DNA of 64,000 nt from an uncultured Alphaproteobacteria bacterium (GTDB lineage Bacteria; Pseudomonadota; Alphaproteobacteria; Acetobacterales; Acetobacteraceae). The stretch is from the NCBI GenBank assembly GCA_963790535.1, contig CAWBOZ010000008.1:55591-119590 (forward strand), read 5' to 3'. Position 1 is the stretch's first letter. Each line of letters begins with the position of its first letter. Below are positions 9,192 through 18,319 of the stretch, one piece after another. Below the pieces are notes generated by a model. It was given only the letters and a program-made list of their open reading frames with translations. It was not told where the DNA came from and did not search any database. A program made the position numbers and the translations under genes.

Positions 9192-11673
9192 GAGGACGTC
9201 GGTTGATACCCCTTTCCAGAACCCGGCAGAGGGGGGTTTAGTCGAGATCGAGGTCACTGATCCCGGACACCCGCTCTTCGGTCGGCGGTTCCCGTTGGTG
9301 TCGGTGAGCAGGCCGCACGTGGTCAGCGGCGGCCAGGTTCTCGTCGCCCACCAGGGCCGCATGCTGCTGAAGCTGCCGGTCGCGGCGACGAGCCTTGTTC
9401 CTCGGCTACCTGACGGAGGGCTGAGCAAGCTCACCGCCGAGGCAGTGGCGGAGCTGGTCACCTTGGCCGAGGACAGCGGGGTGGTGGCATGCTTGTCCGA
9501 CCCGAACGCGTCTGGGGACGCGCGCCCGAGACGCTCCGGCGCGAGATCGCCGAGAACGTCGCAGCACTCCTCGCGGAGGTGATCCATGAGATCGGAACTC
9601 ATCGACGACCGCCACCTCGCGCGGCGTGCCGTCATCTACATCCGCCAGTCCACGCCGCAGCAGGTGCTCACCAACCAGGAGAGCCTGCGCCTGCAGTATG
9701 ACCTGCGCCGGCGCGCCCTCGATCTCGGCTGGCGCGAGGAGGATCTCGAGGTGATCGACACCGACCTCGGCCTGAGTGGGGCGGCGGCCGCGCACCGGGA
9801 GGGCTTCAAGGACCTGATCGCGCGCGTCACGCTGGGCCAGGTCGGCATCGTGCTCTCCTCCGAGGTGACCCGCCTCAGTCGGAACTGCACGGATTGGTAT
9901 CCGCTGCTGGATCTGTGCGGCTACCGGCAATGCCTCATCGGTGATCGCGACGGCGTGTACGATCCGGGCTCCGCGAATGGGCGGCTTCTTCTTGGCCTCA
10001 AGGGCACGATCTCCGAGATGGAGCTGCACACCATCCGTGCTCGCCTGACCGCTGGCCTGCTGAACAAGGCCGAGCGCGGCGAACTCGGCCTCATGCTGCC
10101 GGTGGGCTTGATCCGCGAGGTGGGCGGCGTGGTGGTCAAGGATCCCGACCGTGAGGTGCAGGCCCGCCTCGAACTGATCTTCGCGACCTTCCTGCGGGTC
10201 CGTTCCGCAGCCCAGGTGCTGCGCAGCCTCAACGAGGGCGGCTTGACCCTCCCGCGCCGCGGCCGCCTCGGCAACACGGTCTGGCGCCCGCCGACCGTCG
10301 CGGCGGTGCTACGTGTGCTCAAGAACCCCGCCTACGCCGGGTGCTTCGTCTACGGTCGCACGCGGTCGATCCGCGATGCTTCGGCGACATCCAGGACAAT
10401 GAGGCTTCCCCGCGAGCAGTGGAGGATCGTCGTGAGGGACAAATACCCCGCCTACGTCAGCTGGGAGACGTTCGAGAAGATCCAGGCCATGCTGGGTGAC
10501 AACTACGCCGAGTATGATCGCAACAAGACGCGCGGCATACCGCGCGACGGCGAGGCGCTGCTGCACGGCATCGTCTATTGCGGCGCGTGCGGCCACAAGA
10601 TGGTCGTGCAATACAGGGGCGGCACGCGCTATCTCTGCAACTACCTGCGCCAGCAGCACGGCACGCCCGTATGCCAGAGCATCTTGGCTGGCCCGATCGA
10701 CGCCGAAGCGGTCGCCGCGTTCTTCAAGGCGCTCGCGCCGGCCGAGTTGGACGCCTACGCGCGGGCTGTGGCGACCCGACGCGAGGCGGACGATGCGACG
10801 TTGCGGGCCCAGGCGCAGCAGGTCGAGCGGCTGCGCTACCGGGCAGCATTGGCCGAGCGCCAATACGACCAGATCGACCCGGATAACCGTCTGGTCGCGG
10901 CCGAGCTGGAGCGCCGCTGGGAAGAGACGCTGCGCGACCTGCGGCAGTCCGAAGCGGCTCTGGCCAAGGCGCGAGCGGAAGTTGGCGAGGCCCCGGTCAC
11001 GATCGATGACAAGCTCCGGGCGGCGTTCGCCGACGCTGGCCGGCGACTACCAGAGCTATGGCACGGTTCGGTTCTGACGACGGCGCGAAAGAAGGCCTTG
11101 CTGCGCTGCCTGCTCGACAAGGTCGTGATCCACCGTGCCGCGCCGGACACCATCCACATGCGCCTTGTCTGGCGCGGCGGTGATGCCAGCGCGCTCAATG
11201 TACCCGTGGCGGTCGGCTCGCTCGCCGCGCTGTCGCGGCACGAAGAGATGGAGGCGCGTATCCTCGAACTCGCGCGCGCCGGCCACGGCGACGCGGCGGT
11301 CGCCGCCGAGCTGACCGCTGCCGGGCACCGCTCGCCGATGCGCGACCGGGTGCTGCCGAGCACGGTGCAGATCATCCGGCTGCGGCACGGCGTCCTGCTG
11401 AAGCGAAACCAGTCGCACCCGCGGCACGTGCCTGGGCATCTGACCATCCCGCAACTCGCGGCTCAGCTCGGGGTGAGCGCGCACTGGATCTATGATCGTA
11501 TCCACAACGGCACCATCGCGGTCACACGCGATGAGTGCACCGGTCTATACCTGTTCCCCGGTGAGCCTGGCACCCTGAAGGGGTTACGGAAACTCCGCGA
11601 TGGCGAGTTGGATCGGATCGCATTCGACACAGAAATGGGTTCTTGAGGAGGGTAGCAAGATGCATGATCGAAC
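9192..11673 (+). mobile_element. cargo-less large-serine-recombinase element (2482 bp) inserted in the IS630 transposase gene
   Basis: IS630 coding sequence stops at ..CCTGGAAC (9191) and resumes at AAGCTCGTCGATCAACCCTGG (11674). GAAC occurs at both junctions (9188-9191 and 11670-11673). Boundaries are ambiguous within those 4 nt. Confidence 0.6.
9586..11646 (+). CDS. large serine recombinase (resolvase domain plus recombinase domain plus zinc ribbon plus coiled coil)
   Basis: 686 aa. RAVIYIRQSTPQQ holds the catalytic Ser; also SSEVTRLSRN, GLKGTISEMELHTIRARL, and CGACGHKMVVQYRGGTRYLC..C zinc ribbon. Long Ala/Arg/Glu-rich helical region. Confidence 0.9.
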   Translation: MRSELIDDRHLARRAVIYIRQSTPQQVLTNQESLRLQYDLRRRALDLGWREEDLEVIDTDLGLSGAAAAHREGFKDLIARVTLGQVGIVLSSEVTRLSRNCTDWYPLLDLCGYRQCLIGDRDGVYDPGSANGRLLLGLKGTISEMELHTIRARLTAGLLNKAERGELGLMLPVGLIREVGGVVVKDPDREVQARLELIFATFLRVRSAAQVLRSLNEGGLTLPRRGRLGNTVWRPPTVAAVLRVLKNPAYAGCFVYGRTRSIRDASATSRTMRLPREQWRIVVRDKYPAYVSWETFEKIQAMLGDNYAEYDRNKTRGIPRDGEALLHGIVYCGACGHKMVVQYRGGTRYLCNYLRQQHGTPVCQSILAGPIDAEAVAAFFKALAPAELDAYARAVATRREADDATLRAQAQQVERLRYRAALAERQYDQIDPDNRLVAAELERRWEETLRDLRQSEAALAKARAEVGEAPVTIDDKLRAAFADAGRRLPELWHGSVLTTARKKALLRCLLDKVVIHRAAPDTIHMRLVWRGGDASALNVPVAVGSLAALSRHEEMEARILELARAGHGDAAVAAELTAAGHRSPMRDRVLPSTVQIIRLRHGVLLKRNQSHPRHVPGHLTIPQLAAQLGVSAHWIYDRIHNGTIAVTRDECTGLYLFPGEPGTLKGLRKLRDGELDRIAFDTEMGS

Positions 11674-11739
11674 AAGCTCGTCGATCAACCCTGGCGCATC
11701 ATGTCCCTCGGCTTGCGCGCCTGGGCGCATGGGTTCTGA
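11674..11739 (+). pseudogene. IS630-family transposase, displaced 3' end (22 codons)
   Basis: KLVDQPWRIMSLGLRAWAHGF* is the typical IS630 C-terminus. It continues ..DHCCY(A)WN from 9191. Confidence 0.7.
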
Positions 11740-11758
11740 TCAACGGGCCTTGGTATTA

Positions 11759-12871
11759 GAGGCTGTTGAGCAATTTTATTGCGCGACGATCCGTGCGGAA
11801 AGCATCGTTTTGCCGGGCGTCCGTAACCATCTCCGGTGGATGAATACTCACCCTTACCCGTCCGACCTGAGCGATGAAGAGTGGGCCATCCTCGCGCCGC
11901 TCATTACACCCGGCAAGCAGGCCGGCCACCCGCAGGTGCTTGAGCTGCGCCGCATCGTGGATGCGGTGTTCTACCTGCTGCGCACCGGATGCCAGTGGCG
12001 AGCCCTGCCGCACGAGTTTCCACCTTGGCCCAGCGTGTTCTATCACTACGCCAAGTGGCGCCATCAGGGCACCTGGGAGCGGATCAACACCAGCCTGCGC
12101 GAGCGCTATCGCGTCGCCTCCGGCCGCAAGGCCCAGCCGACGGCGGCGATCATCGACAGCCAGTCCGTGCGCACGACCGAGGCGGAGGGCCGCGTGGGTA
12201 CGATGGGGGCAAGAAGGTCTCCGGGCGCAAGCGCCACGTGCTCGTGGACACCGAAGGCACCCTGCTCAAGGCTTGCGTGCATCCTGCCGACATCCATGAC
12301 CGGCGCGGCGCCGAGTTGCTGCTTGCGGGCCTCAAGGCGGAGTTCCCGCACATCGTGCTTATCTGGGCCGATACCGCCTACCAGGGGCTGCAGTCCTGGC
12401 TGGCCACGACGCTGGGCTGGGCGCTCGTGATCAGCAAGCACTGGTGGACGGGGCTGCACGGCGTGTGGGTCGCCCCCGGCCAGCAGCCGCCCGAGATCCC
12501 GCGTGGCTTCCACGTGCTCAAGCGAAGGTGGGTGGTGGAGCGGACACTGGCCTGGTTCGGGCGCAACCGGCGCATGAGCCGGGACTACGAGCGCCTGATC
12601 GCGACGGCGGAGATGCTGCTGTATGCCGCCATGGCGCGCGTCACGCTGCGCAGGCTGGCCGACGACGGCGTAATAAGGTTGCCCGAAGTCCTGCTCCTAC
12701 AGGCTGAAAGTTAGCAGCCACCACGCCCGCGTTGACTATAACAATACAACTCCGCTACGAAAGCCTTGCTGGAGCAGCCAGGTTGATATAAAGCGATTGG
12801 CTCAGGCCTATACTTCGATGGATAGTCGCGCATGAGGCTTCTCGCTTATACTTTAATTTCTTAACAGCCTC
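11759..12871 (+). mobile_element. IS5-family element, IS1031-group-like, copy R (1113 bp)
   Basis: Ends GAGGCTGTTGAGCAAT (11759) and rc GAGGCTGTTAAGAAAT (12871). Flanked by direct TTA at 11756-11758 and 12872-12874. Confidence 0.85.
11840..12714 (+). pseudogene. IS5-family DDE transposase, one frame break near 12179-12183
   Basis: MNTHPYPSDLSDEEWAILAPLITPGKQ..IIDSQSVRTTE continues in the -1 frame as [60 protein letters not shown]. The break is at the position homologous to the GAGT(T)C site of copy L. Confidence 0.8.
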
Positions 12872-14404
12872 TTAGTGCCCCATCTCGCGCGGGATCTCCG
12901 TCGAGCGCAGCGGCACGTCCCGCGTCACGGCGGCGATGGCCAGCGCCAGCATCGTGACGCCTGCACAGGTCCAGAACGCGAGATGGAATCCGGAGACCAG
13001 TGCACTCCGCGCCGCAGCTAGGCCGGCATTGCCGATGCCGCCCAGCGCGCCTGCCCCACCCTGGAGTGCCCCGAGGCTCACCTCGCCCGCACCTGTCGCC
13101 CGCAGCCCGGCGTTGAACCGCGCCACGAGCAGCGCGCCCGTCACCGTGCTGCCGAACGCGCCGCCCATCGAGCGCAGGAACAGCAGCGACCCCGTCGCCG
13201 CACCCACGTCGCCGTGCTCCGCCGAGTTCTGCACCTGCACGAGCACGCTCGGCATCACGCCGCCGATCCCAAACCCAAGCAATACCGTGGCGCCAAGAAC
13301 CACGACCTCCGGCGTTCGGGTCCCGACCAAACCGAGGATCACGAAGCCCGTGGTGCAGGCGCAGAGGGCCGTGAGCACGATGGCCTTCGTGCGGCCGAGC
13401 TTTCGGGCGAGCTGGCCTGCGGTGTAGGCGCCTATCGTGTTCGCGGCCAGGAACGGCATCACGAGCAGCCCAGACCGTGCGGGCGCGACCCCGATCACGA
13501 GCTGGAACCAGAGCGGCAGCATGAAGATCGCACCCAGCAGGCCGAGCGACACGCAGAACGCGACGGCGACGCCGCCGAGGAACACTGGACGGGTGAACAG
13601 GCGTGGCGGCAGGATCGGGTCCGCCGCCCGGCGCTCGACGGGAACCAGCACCGCCAAGAAGACGACGCCCAGGACAACCATCCCGAGCACCGGCGCCGAC
13701 CCCCAGGGGAACTCGATGCCGCCCCAGCTCAGCACGAGCAGCCAGGCCGTGACCGCGCCGATGAGCAGCCCGGCGCCGATGCCATCGATGTGCGCCCGCC
13801 CGCCGCGCACCGGCAGCATCCTGAGTCCCCGGTTGCACAGCCACATGGCGACGAGGCCCAGCGGCAGGTTCGCCCAGAACAGCCAGCGCCAGGAGAGGTG
13901 CTGCGTCACGTAGCCGCCGACGACCGGCCCGGCGATGCTCGCGACGCCCCAGGCGCCGGCCATGTAGCCTTGGTAGCGCCCTCGCTCACGCGGCGAGACC
14001 ACGTCCGCGATCGCCGCCTGCGCCATGGACATCAGCCCGGCGCCTCCCAGCCCTTGCAGCGCACGCGCTAGGATAAGCTGGACGATGGTCCTGGAAAAAC
14101 CGCAGAGCAGGCTCGCCACGATGAACACGACGAGCGCGCCGAGCAGCAGTCGGCGTCGCCCGTAGATGTCCGAGAGCTTGCCGTAGATCGGTGTCGCCGC
14201 CGTGCTGGTGAGCAAGTAGGCGGTCACGATCCAGGCGAGGTGTCCGAAGGCGCCCATCTCCGCCGCGATCACCGGGACCGCCGGCACCACCACTGTCTGG
14301 TCGAGGGCTGCAAGCAGGATGCAGAGCATGATCCCGGTGATGACGCGGATGATCTGCTCGTGGGTGTAGCGCGGGGGGGCCTCGGGCGCGGTGGTTGTGC
14401 TCAT
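12872..14404 (-). CDS. MFS transporter, DHA2 (EmrB/QacA-like, 14-TMS type)
   Basis: 510 aa. LDQTVVVPAVPVIAAEMG..YGKLSDIYGRRRLLL..ALQGLGGAGLMSMAQAAIADVVSPRERGRYQGYM. The stop codon TAA (rc of 12872-12874) coincides with the IS5-R target duplication. Confidence 0.85.
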   Translation of the reverse strand: MSTTTAPEAPPRYTHEQIIRVITGIMLCILLAALDQTVVVPAVPVIAAEMGAFGHLAWIVTAYLLTSTAATPIYGKLSDIYGRRRLLLGALVVFIVASLLCGFSRTIVQLILARALQGLGGAGLMSMAQAAIADVVSPRERGRYQGYMAGAWGVASIAGPVVGGYVTQHLSWRWLFWANLPLGLVAMWLCNRGLRMLPVRGGRAHIDGIGAGLLIGAVTAWLLVLSWGGIEFPWGSAPVLGMVVLGVVFLAVLVPVERRAADPILPPRLFTRPVFLGGVAVAFCVSLGLLGAIFMLPLWFQLVIGVAPARSGLLVMPFLAANTIGAYTAGQLARKLGRTKAIVLTALCACTTGFVILGLVGTRTPEVVVLGATVLLGFGIGGVMPSVLVQVQNSAEHGDVGAATGSLLFLRSMGGAFGSTVTGALLVARFNAGLRATGAGEVSLGALQGGAGALGGIGNAGLAAARSALVSGFHLAFWTCAGVTMLALAIAAVTRDVPLRSTEIPREMGH

Positions 14405-14529
14405 TGAGGGGTTTGATGCAACGGCCGGGCCATCACGGCAACCGCTGGCTTAGCGGGGCGGCTATTCATCCTCGGCAGGAGGTGGACCGCGCATAGTGTC
14501 GAGGCTGCTGCCAGCCGAGTCGCGCAGCC

Positions 14530-14991
14530 TCAGCCCAGCTTGGCGACGAGCACGGCCATGTCGGCGTCGTCGGTCAGAAGCTCGTCCAATGAGAACGGGC
14601 AGTTCACTGGCAGGGTGCGCGCCCGCTCCTCGCTCTCGGCGCGAATGCTCTTGACCGCTTGGCGGTAGAGCTTATCGAGGCTGATCCTCTGCCGCATGGA
14701 CGGGCTGAAGCGCCTCTGCGCCTGAGCCAGAAACGTGACCGTCGCGCCCCGCCAGTGCGCGACGGCTCGGGCCTTCGGCCAGCCGTGCAGCTTGAGCAGG
14801 TGGACGAGGGCTTGCAGCAGGAAGCTCTCGCACCCGTGCAGCTCCGACAGCCCCACGTCCTGTAGCTCCTCGATGACGTTGGGCCAGTCCACCGCATCGT
14901 TGACGCGCTCGCCGGCCGCGAGACGCCGCAGCAGGTCAGCTTGCTGCTCGGACCAAGCCAAGGCGTCGCGCTCGTAAAGGCTGTCAGGCAT
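14530..14991 (-). CDS. DUF29 domain-containing protein
   Basis: MPDSLYERDALAWSEQQADLLRRLAAGE..DWPNVIEELQDVGLSEL..LLQALVHLLKLHGWP. Confidence 0.75.
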   Translation of the reverse strand: MPDSLYERDALAWSEQQADLLRRLAAGERVNDAVDWPNVIEELQDVGLSELHGCESFLLQALVHLLKLHGWPKARAVAHWRGATVTFLAQAQRRFSPSMRQRISLDKLYRQAVKSIRAESEERARTLPVNCPFSLDELLTDDADMAVLVAKLG

Positions 14992-15012
14992 GGCGTTCAC
15001 TTTATCACGGCG

Positions 15013-16092
15013 TCACGCCGCCCGCGCCACCGTCTCGCGCAGCAGCGCGTCCACCTGGAGCGCCCGCCGGTCATAGGTGTGCCCGGCGAGGATGCGGCGC
15101 CGGGCTGCGTCGCCGATGGCATGGGCGCGCTCGGGGGTGAGCGTGCGCAAGTGCTCGGCCACATCCGCGCCGTCTCGCGCGACGAGCACCTCCGTGCCGG
15201 GTTGGAGGAACAGCTCGATCCCCTCCCACTCGTCCGTAATCAGGCAGGCACCAGCGCCGGCTGCCTCGAACACGCGGGTCGCCGGGCTGAATCCCACCTC
15301 CGCCATGCTGTCGCGAGCCACATTGAGCACGGCGAGCGAGGAGCAGTTGAAGGCGTTGTGGTCGCCCGTGCCGACGTGGCCGATGGCGCGCACGTTGCCG
15401 GGCATCGGCTTGTCGTGCCAGCCGTTGCCGCCGAGCAGGAAGGCGCGGTCGGGCAGCCGCGCCGCAGCGTCCAGGAAGAACGTCTCCACTCGCCGCTCGC
15501 GGTCCGGCAGGCGGTTGGCGAGGAAGTTCAGGTCGGCGGCGAAGCGCGGCTCGGATGGGACCGGATGGTGCGTCGCCGGGTCGAGCGCGTTGTAGATCGG
15601 GACGCAGCGCCTCGCGCCGAAGCCCTCATACGCGGCGACGACGGGTGGGCCGCCCCCGTAGGTCAGGACGAGGTCGAGCTGCCCCAGCGCTCGGCGCACT
15701 GGATGATCCGCGCTCTCCCGCATCGCGGCCAGCGTCGCCGGCGCATCCACGTCTAGGAACACGCGCAAGCTCCCAGGGCGGGCATGGTCCAGGATGCCGG
15801 CCAGCAGCTCATCGTCGAACACGCCGACGCCGCTCGCCTTCACGACCACGTCCGCCCGGACCGCCTCGGCGAGCACGGCGCGGACCGCCTCGGGCGTCGC
15901 CGGATAGACGCGGCTCTCGCACCAGTCGGGCGGCTCGATGTCGCGGTGGCTCTGCCGGTCGAAGGCGTCCGGCTCGTAGAAGGTGGTTCGGTAGCCGAGC
16001 CGGGCGAGGCCGTGCAGCAGGCCACGGTAGTACGTTGCTGCCCCGTTCCAATAGGCGGAGAGCAGGCTCGACCCGTAGAACGCGATCCGCAT
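15013..16092 (-). CDS. CgeB-like glycosyltransferase
   Basis: Internal ATG 16092 gives MRIAFYGSSLLSAYWNGAATYYRGLLHGLARLGY...NVARDSMAEVGFSPATRVFEAAGAGACLITDEWEGIE. The start overlaps the upstream stop (TGATG). Confidence 0.7.
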   Translation of the reverse strand: MRIAFYGSSLLSAYWNGAATYYRGLLHGLARLGYRTTFYEPDAFDRQSHRDIEPPDWCESRVYPATPEAVRAVLAEAVRADVVVKASGVGVFDDELLAGILDHARPGSLRVFLDVDAPATLAAMRESADHPVRRALGQLDLVLTYGGGPPVVAAYEGFGARRCVPIYNALDPATHHPVPSEPRFAADLNFLANRLPDRERRVETFFLDAAARLPDRAFLLGGNGWHDKPMPGNVRAIGHVGTGDHNAFNCSSLAVLNVARDSMAEVGFSPATRVFEAAGAGACLITDEWEGIELFLQPGTEVLVARDGADVAEHLRTLTPERAHAIGDAARRRILAGHTYDRRALQVDALLRETVARAA

Positions 16093-17198
16093 CAGGCGGC
16101 AGCCTCCGTCGTTGCTCCGAGCTGCGCGAGGATGCCGAGCAATTCGTCGGCGCGATAGGCACAGGTGTGCCGGGCGCGGATGGTGGCGAGGCCGTGAGCG
16201 GCGAGCCGGGCACAGAGCGCGGGATCGTCGCGCAGGGCTTCGAGGTGATCGCGCATCTCGGTTCCATCGCGCGCCACCAGGTAATCCTGGCCTGGCGTAA
16301 ACAAATCTTCCGCGTCGTCCCAGGGCGCGGAGACGAGCGGGATGCCGCACGCCAGCGCCTCGAACACGCGGATGGTCGGGATGCCGGGCAGGACCGTCGC
16401 GTAGTAGCGGCGGGGAACGTGGACGGTGGCGAGGTGCCGGGCGAAGGCGTCCGGCGCGCGGGGGTTCGGCAGCCAGCCGCGGTATCGCGCGCCGTAGCGG
16501 GCGAGCATCGCCAGTGCATCCTCTGGGTAGCGGACGCCATGCACGTCGAGCGGCAGCCTGGCCTCCTGGGTCGGGCGGAGCAGGAATTATTCCAGTTCCG
16601 CTTCGCGCTCGCCGTCACCCCAGTTGCCGATCCAGACGAGGCCCTCGCGCGGTCCCTCGCGTTCCGGAGGACGGAACAGGCGCGTGTCCGCGGCCTCGTG
16701 CCAGACGTGGACGCGGCCCGCCCAGCCCCAGCCCTCATACACCAGGGCAAGCGCCCGCCCGAAAGCGAGGACGCCGTCATAGCCGGAGAGGTCGTAGCGC
16801 CGGATCGCATCGGGGTCACTGACGGCGCGGTGGTGCGTGTCGTGGAACAGCAGCCGCCACGGCGCGCCCGTCCGACGCATGGCGCCCAGCGCCGCAACCA
16901 ACGCCGGCTCGTTCCATTCATGGACGATCACGGCGTCGGCGCCCCGCACCATGGCCGCAAGGTCGGGCGCGGCACCGTAGGCCGTCGTCGTAAGCTCCGG
17001 GTAGTCCGCGCGCCAGGCGTCGAGCGCCGCTGGGCCGGCATCCGTGGCCAGGTTCTGCCGGCTCCACGCCGCTTCCGGCTCGAAGGCGCTGACGTGGTGC
17101 CCTGCTGCCCTCAACTCGCGCAGGACGCCGCGCAGGAAATGCGCGTTGCCATGATTCCAGCAGGAAGCGAGCGAGTGCGTGAAATAGACGAGGCGCAT
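16092..17198 (-). pseudogene. CgeB-like glycosyltransferase interrupted by an in-frame TAA at 16587-16589
   Basis: Track ORFs 16587..17198 and 16092..16544 are in the same frame. Read-through gives ..WIGNWGDGEREAELE*FLLRPTQEARLPLDVHGVRYPEDAL.., a continuous single-protein architecture. Confidence 0.65.
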
Positions 17199-18313
17199 CA
17201 GTGGGCCCAGTTTGCCTCGTGCAGGGCAAACGTGCGCGCGGCCATTGCGGCGGCGGTGTAGCGCCCGGCACGCTCGCGGGCCGCAGCAGCGAGCGGCGCC
17301 GGGTCATCGAGCGCGTGCCGCAGCGTGGCGGCGAGGCTGTCGCCCGACGCGAACAGCGCGGCACCGTCCCATAGCTCGCGGAAGACGGGAATGTCCGAGA
17401 GCACAAGCGCCTGTCCGGCCTGCGCCGCTTCCAGCACGGCTAAACCGAACGGCTCGTAGCGCGCAGGCGCGGCGAACACGGTTGCCGCTGAGCGCGCCCG
17501 TGCCATGCCTGCCTCGTCGAGTGCCCCGAGCAATTCCAGGTTTGCGAAAGCGACACTGCCTCCCGGCCCCTGCACCGGGCCCGCCGCGCGCACCGGCGCG
17601 CCCAGCCCCGCCGCGGCCCGGTCGAGCGCCGCCATGCCTTTCCCCTCATCCCACAGCCGCCCGGCGGCGAGGACTGCCCGTGTTACGAGGGCCGTATCCG
17701 GCACGGGCCGGCGCCCGTTATGGATCACTCTGATGCGCTCGACGCCGTACTCCGCGCGCAGCGCCTCGGCGAAGGCGCGGCTCGGAGCCACGGAGACGCT
17801 TGCCCGGCGCAATCCCTCCCCTGTCGCCGCCGCGCGCCAGGCAAGGTCCGGCGGCAATTCTCCGTCGCGGACGGCGCGCCACCAGGTCGCGACACAGCTA
17901 TGCGCGACAACCACGAGCGGGATCGGCCAGGGTGCATCGCCGACCAGGGCCGGCGCGTGGAGGTGCGCGCTGCGCACACGGGAACGTGTCGCGAGCGTAT
18001 GCAGGGCCGCCGTGGACGCGGCGAGCGATGCCGCATCCGGCGCCGTCCAGTCGAGTGCTAGCCCGGTTTCGACGAGAGCGAGGCCCGGGATCGCCTCCGC
18101 CTCTGCCCGCTGCGCCGGGCTGGCGGCCGGTCCCAGGCTCGCGAGGACGATGCCGACACCTCGCTCGGCGAGGGCGGCGGCCAACTCGATGCTGTAGCGC
18201 CACACGCCGCCGACGGCGTCCGTCGTCACCAGGATGCGGTTGCTGGACCGGACTACAGCGTTTCGCGTCCAAGTTGGGACGCGAAACGCTGTAGCTTTCG
18301 TTTTGGCGAGCAT
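17198..18313 (-). CDS. glycosyltransferase family 4/1
   Basis: NRILVTTDAVGGVWRYSIELAAALAERG...ARYEPFGLAVLEAAQAGQALVLSDIPVFRELW. Start is uncertain (ATG 18313 or GTG 18229) because an 18-bp palindrome lies between them. Confidence 0.7.
   Translation of the reverse strand: MLAKTKATAFRVPTWTRNAVVRSSNRILVTTDAVGGVWRYSIELAAALAERGVGIVLASLGPAASPAQRAEAEAIPGLALVETGLALDWTAPDAASLAASTAALHTLATRSRVRSAHLHAPALVGDAPWPIPLVVVAHSCVATWWRAVRDGELPPDLAWRAAATGEGLRRASVSVAPSRAFAEALRAEYGVERIRVIHNGRRPVPDTALVTRAVLAAGRLWDEGKGMAALDRAAAGLGAPVRAAGPVQGPGGSVAFANLELLGALDEAGMARARSAATVFAAPARYEPFGLAVLEAAQAGQALVLSDIPVFRELWDGAALFASGDSLAATLRHALDDPAPLAAAARERAGRYTAAAMAARTFALHEANWAH
18253..18294. repeat. perfect 18-bp-stem palindrome (loop AAGTTG)
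   Basis: CTACAGCGTTTCGCGTCC (18253-18270) and GGACGCGAAACGCTGTAG (18277-18294). Confidence 0.9.
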
Positions 18314-18319
18314 CTTCAC

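Larger units (their letters stand above)
8110..11753 (+). mobile_element. IS630-family element (about 1162 bp of IS sequence) interrupted by a 2482-bp insertion
   Basis: Flanked by TA at 8108-8109 and 11754-11755. Imperfect ends CCAGGTCCCGG (left) and GGGCCTTGG (right). The transposase reading resumes across the insertion. Confidence 0.75.

Noticed and set aside
7002-12871. The two inverted IS5-family copies might form a composite transposon carrying the IS630/LSR segment.
   Set aside because: Each copy has its own 3-bp direct duplication (TAA/TAA and TTA/TTA). The copies are diverged, so they are independent insertions next to IS630 rather than a unit that transposed together.
16587-16589. 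The TAA in the glycosyltransferase might be a recoding signal.
   Set aside because: No bacterial mechanism recodes UAA in this context. It is treated as a nonsense change, a 3-nt insertion or a sequence error.
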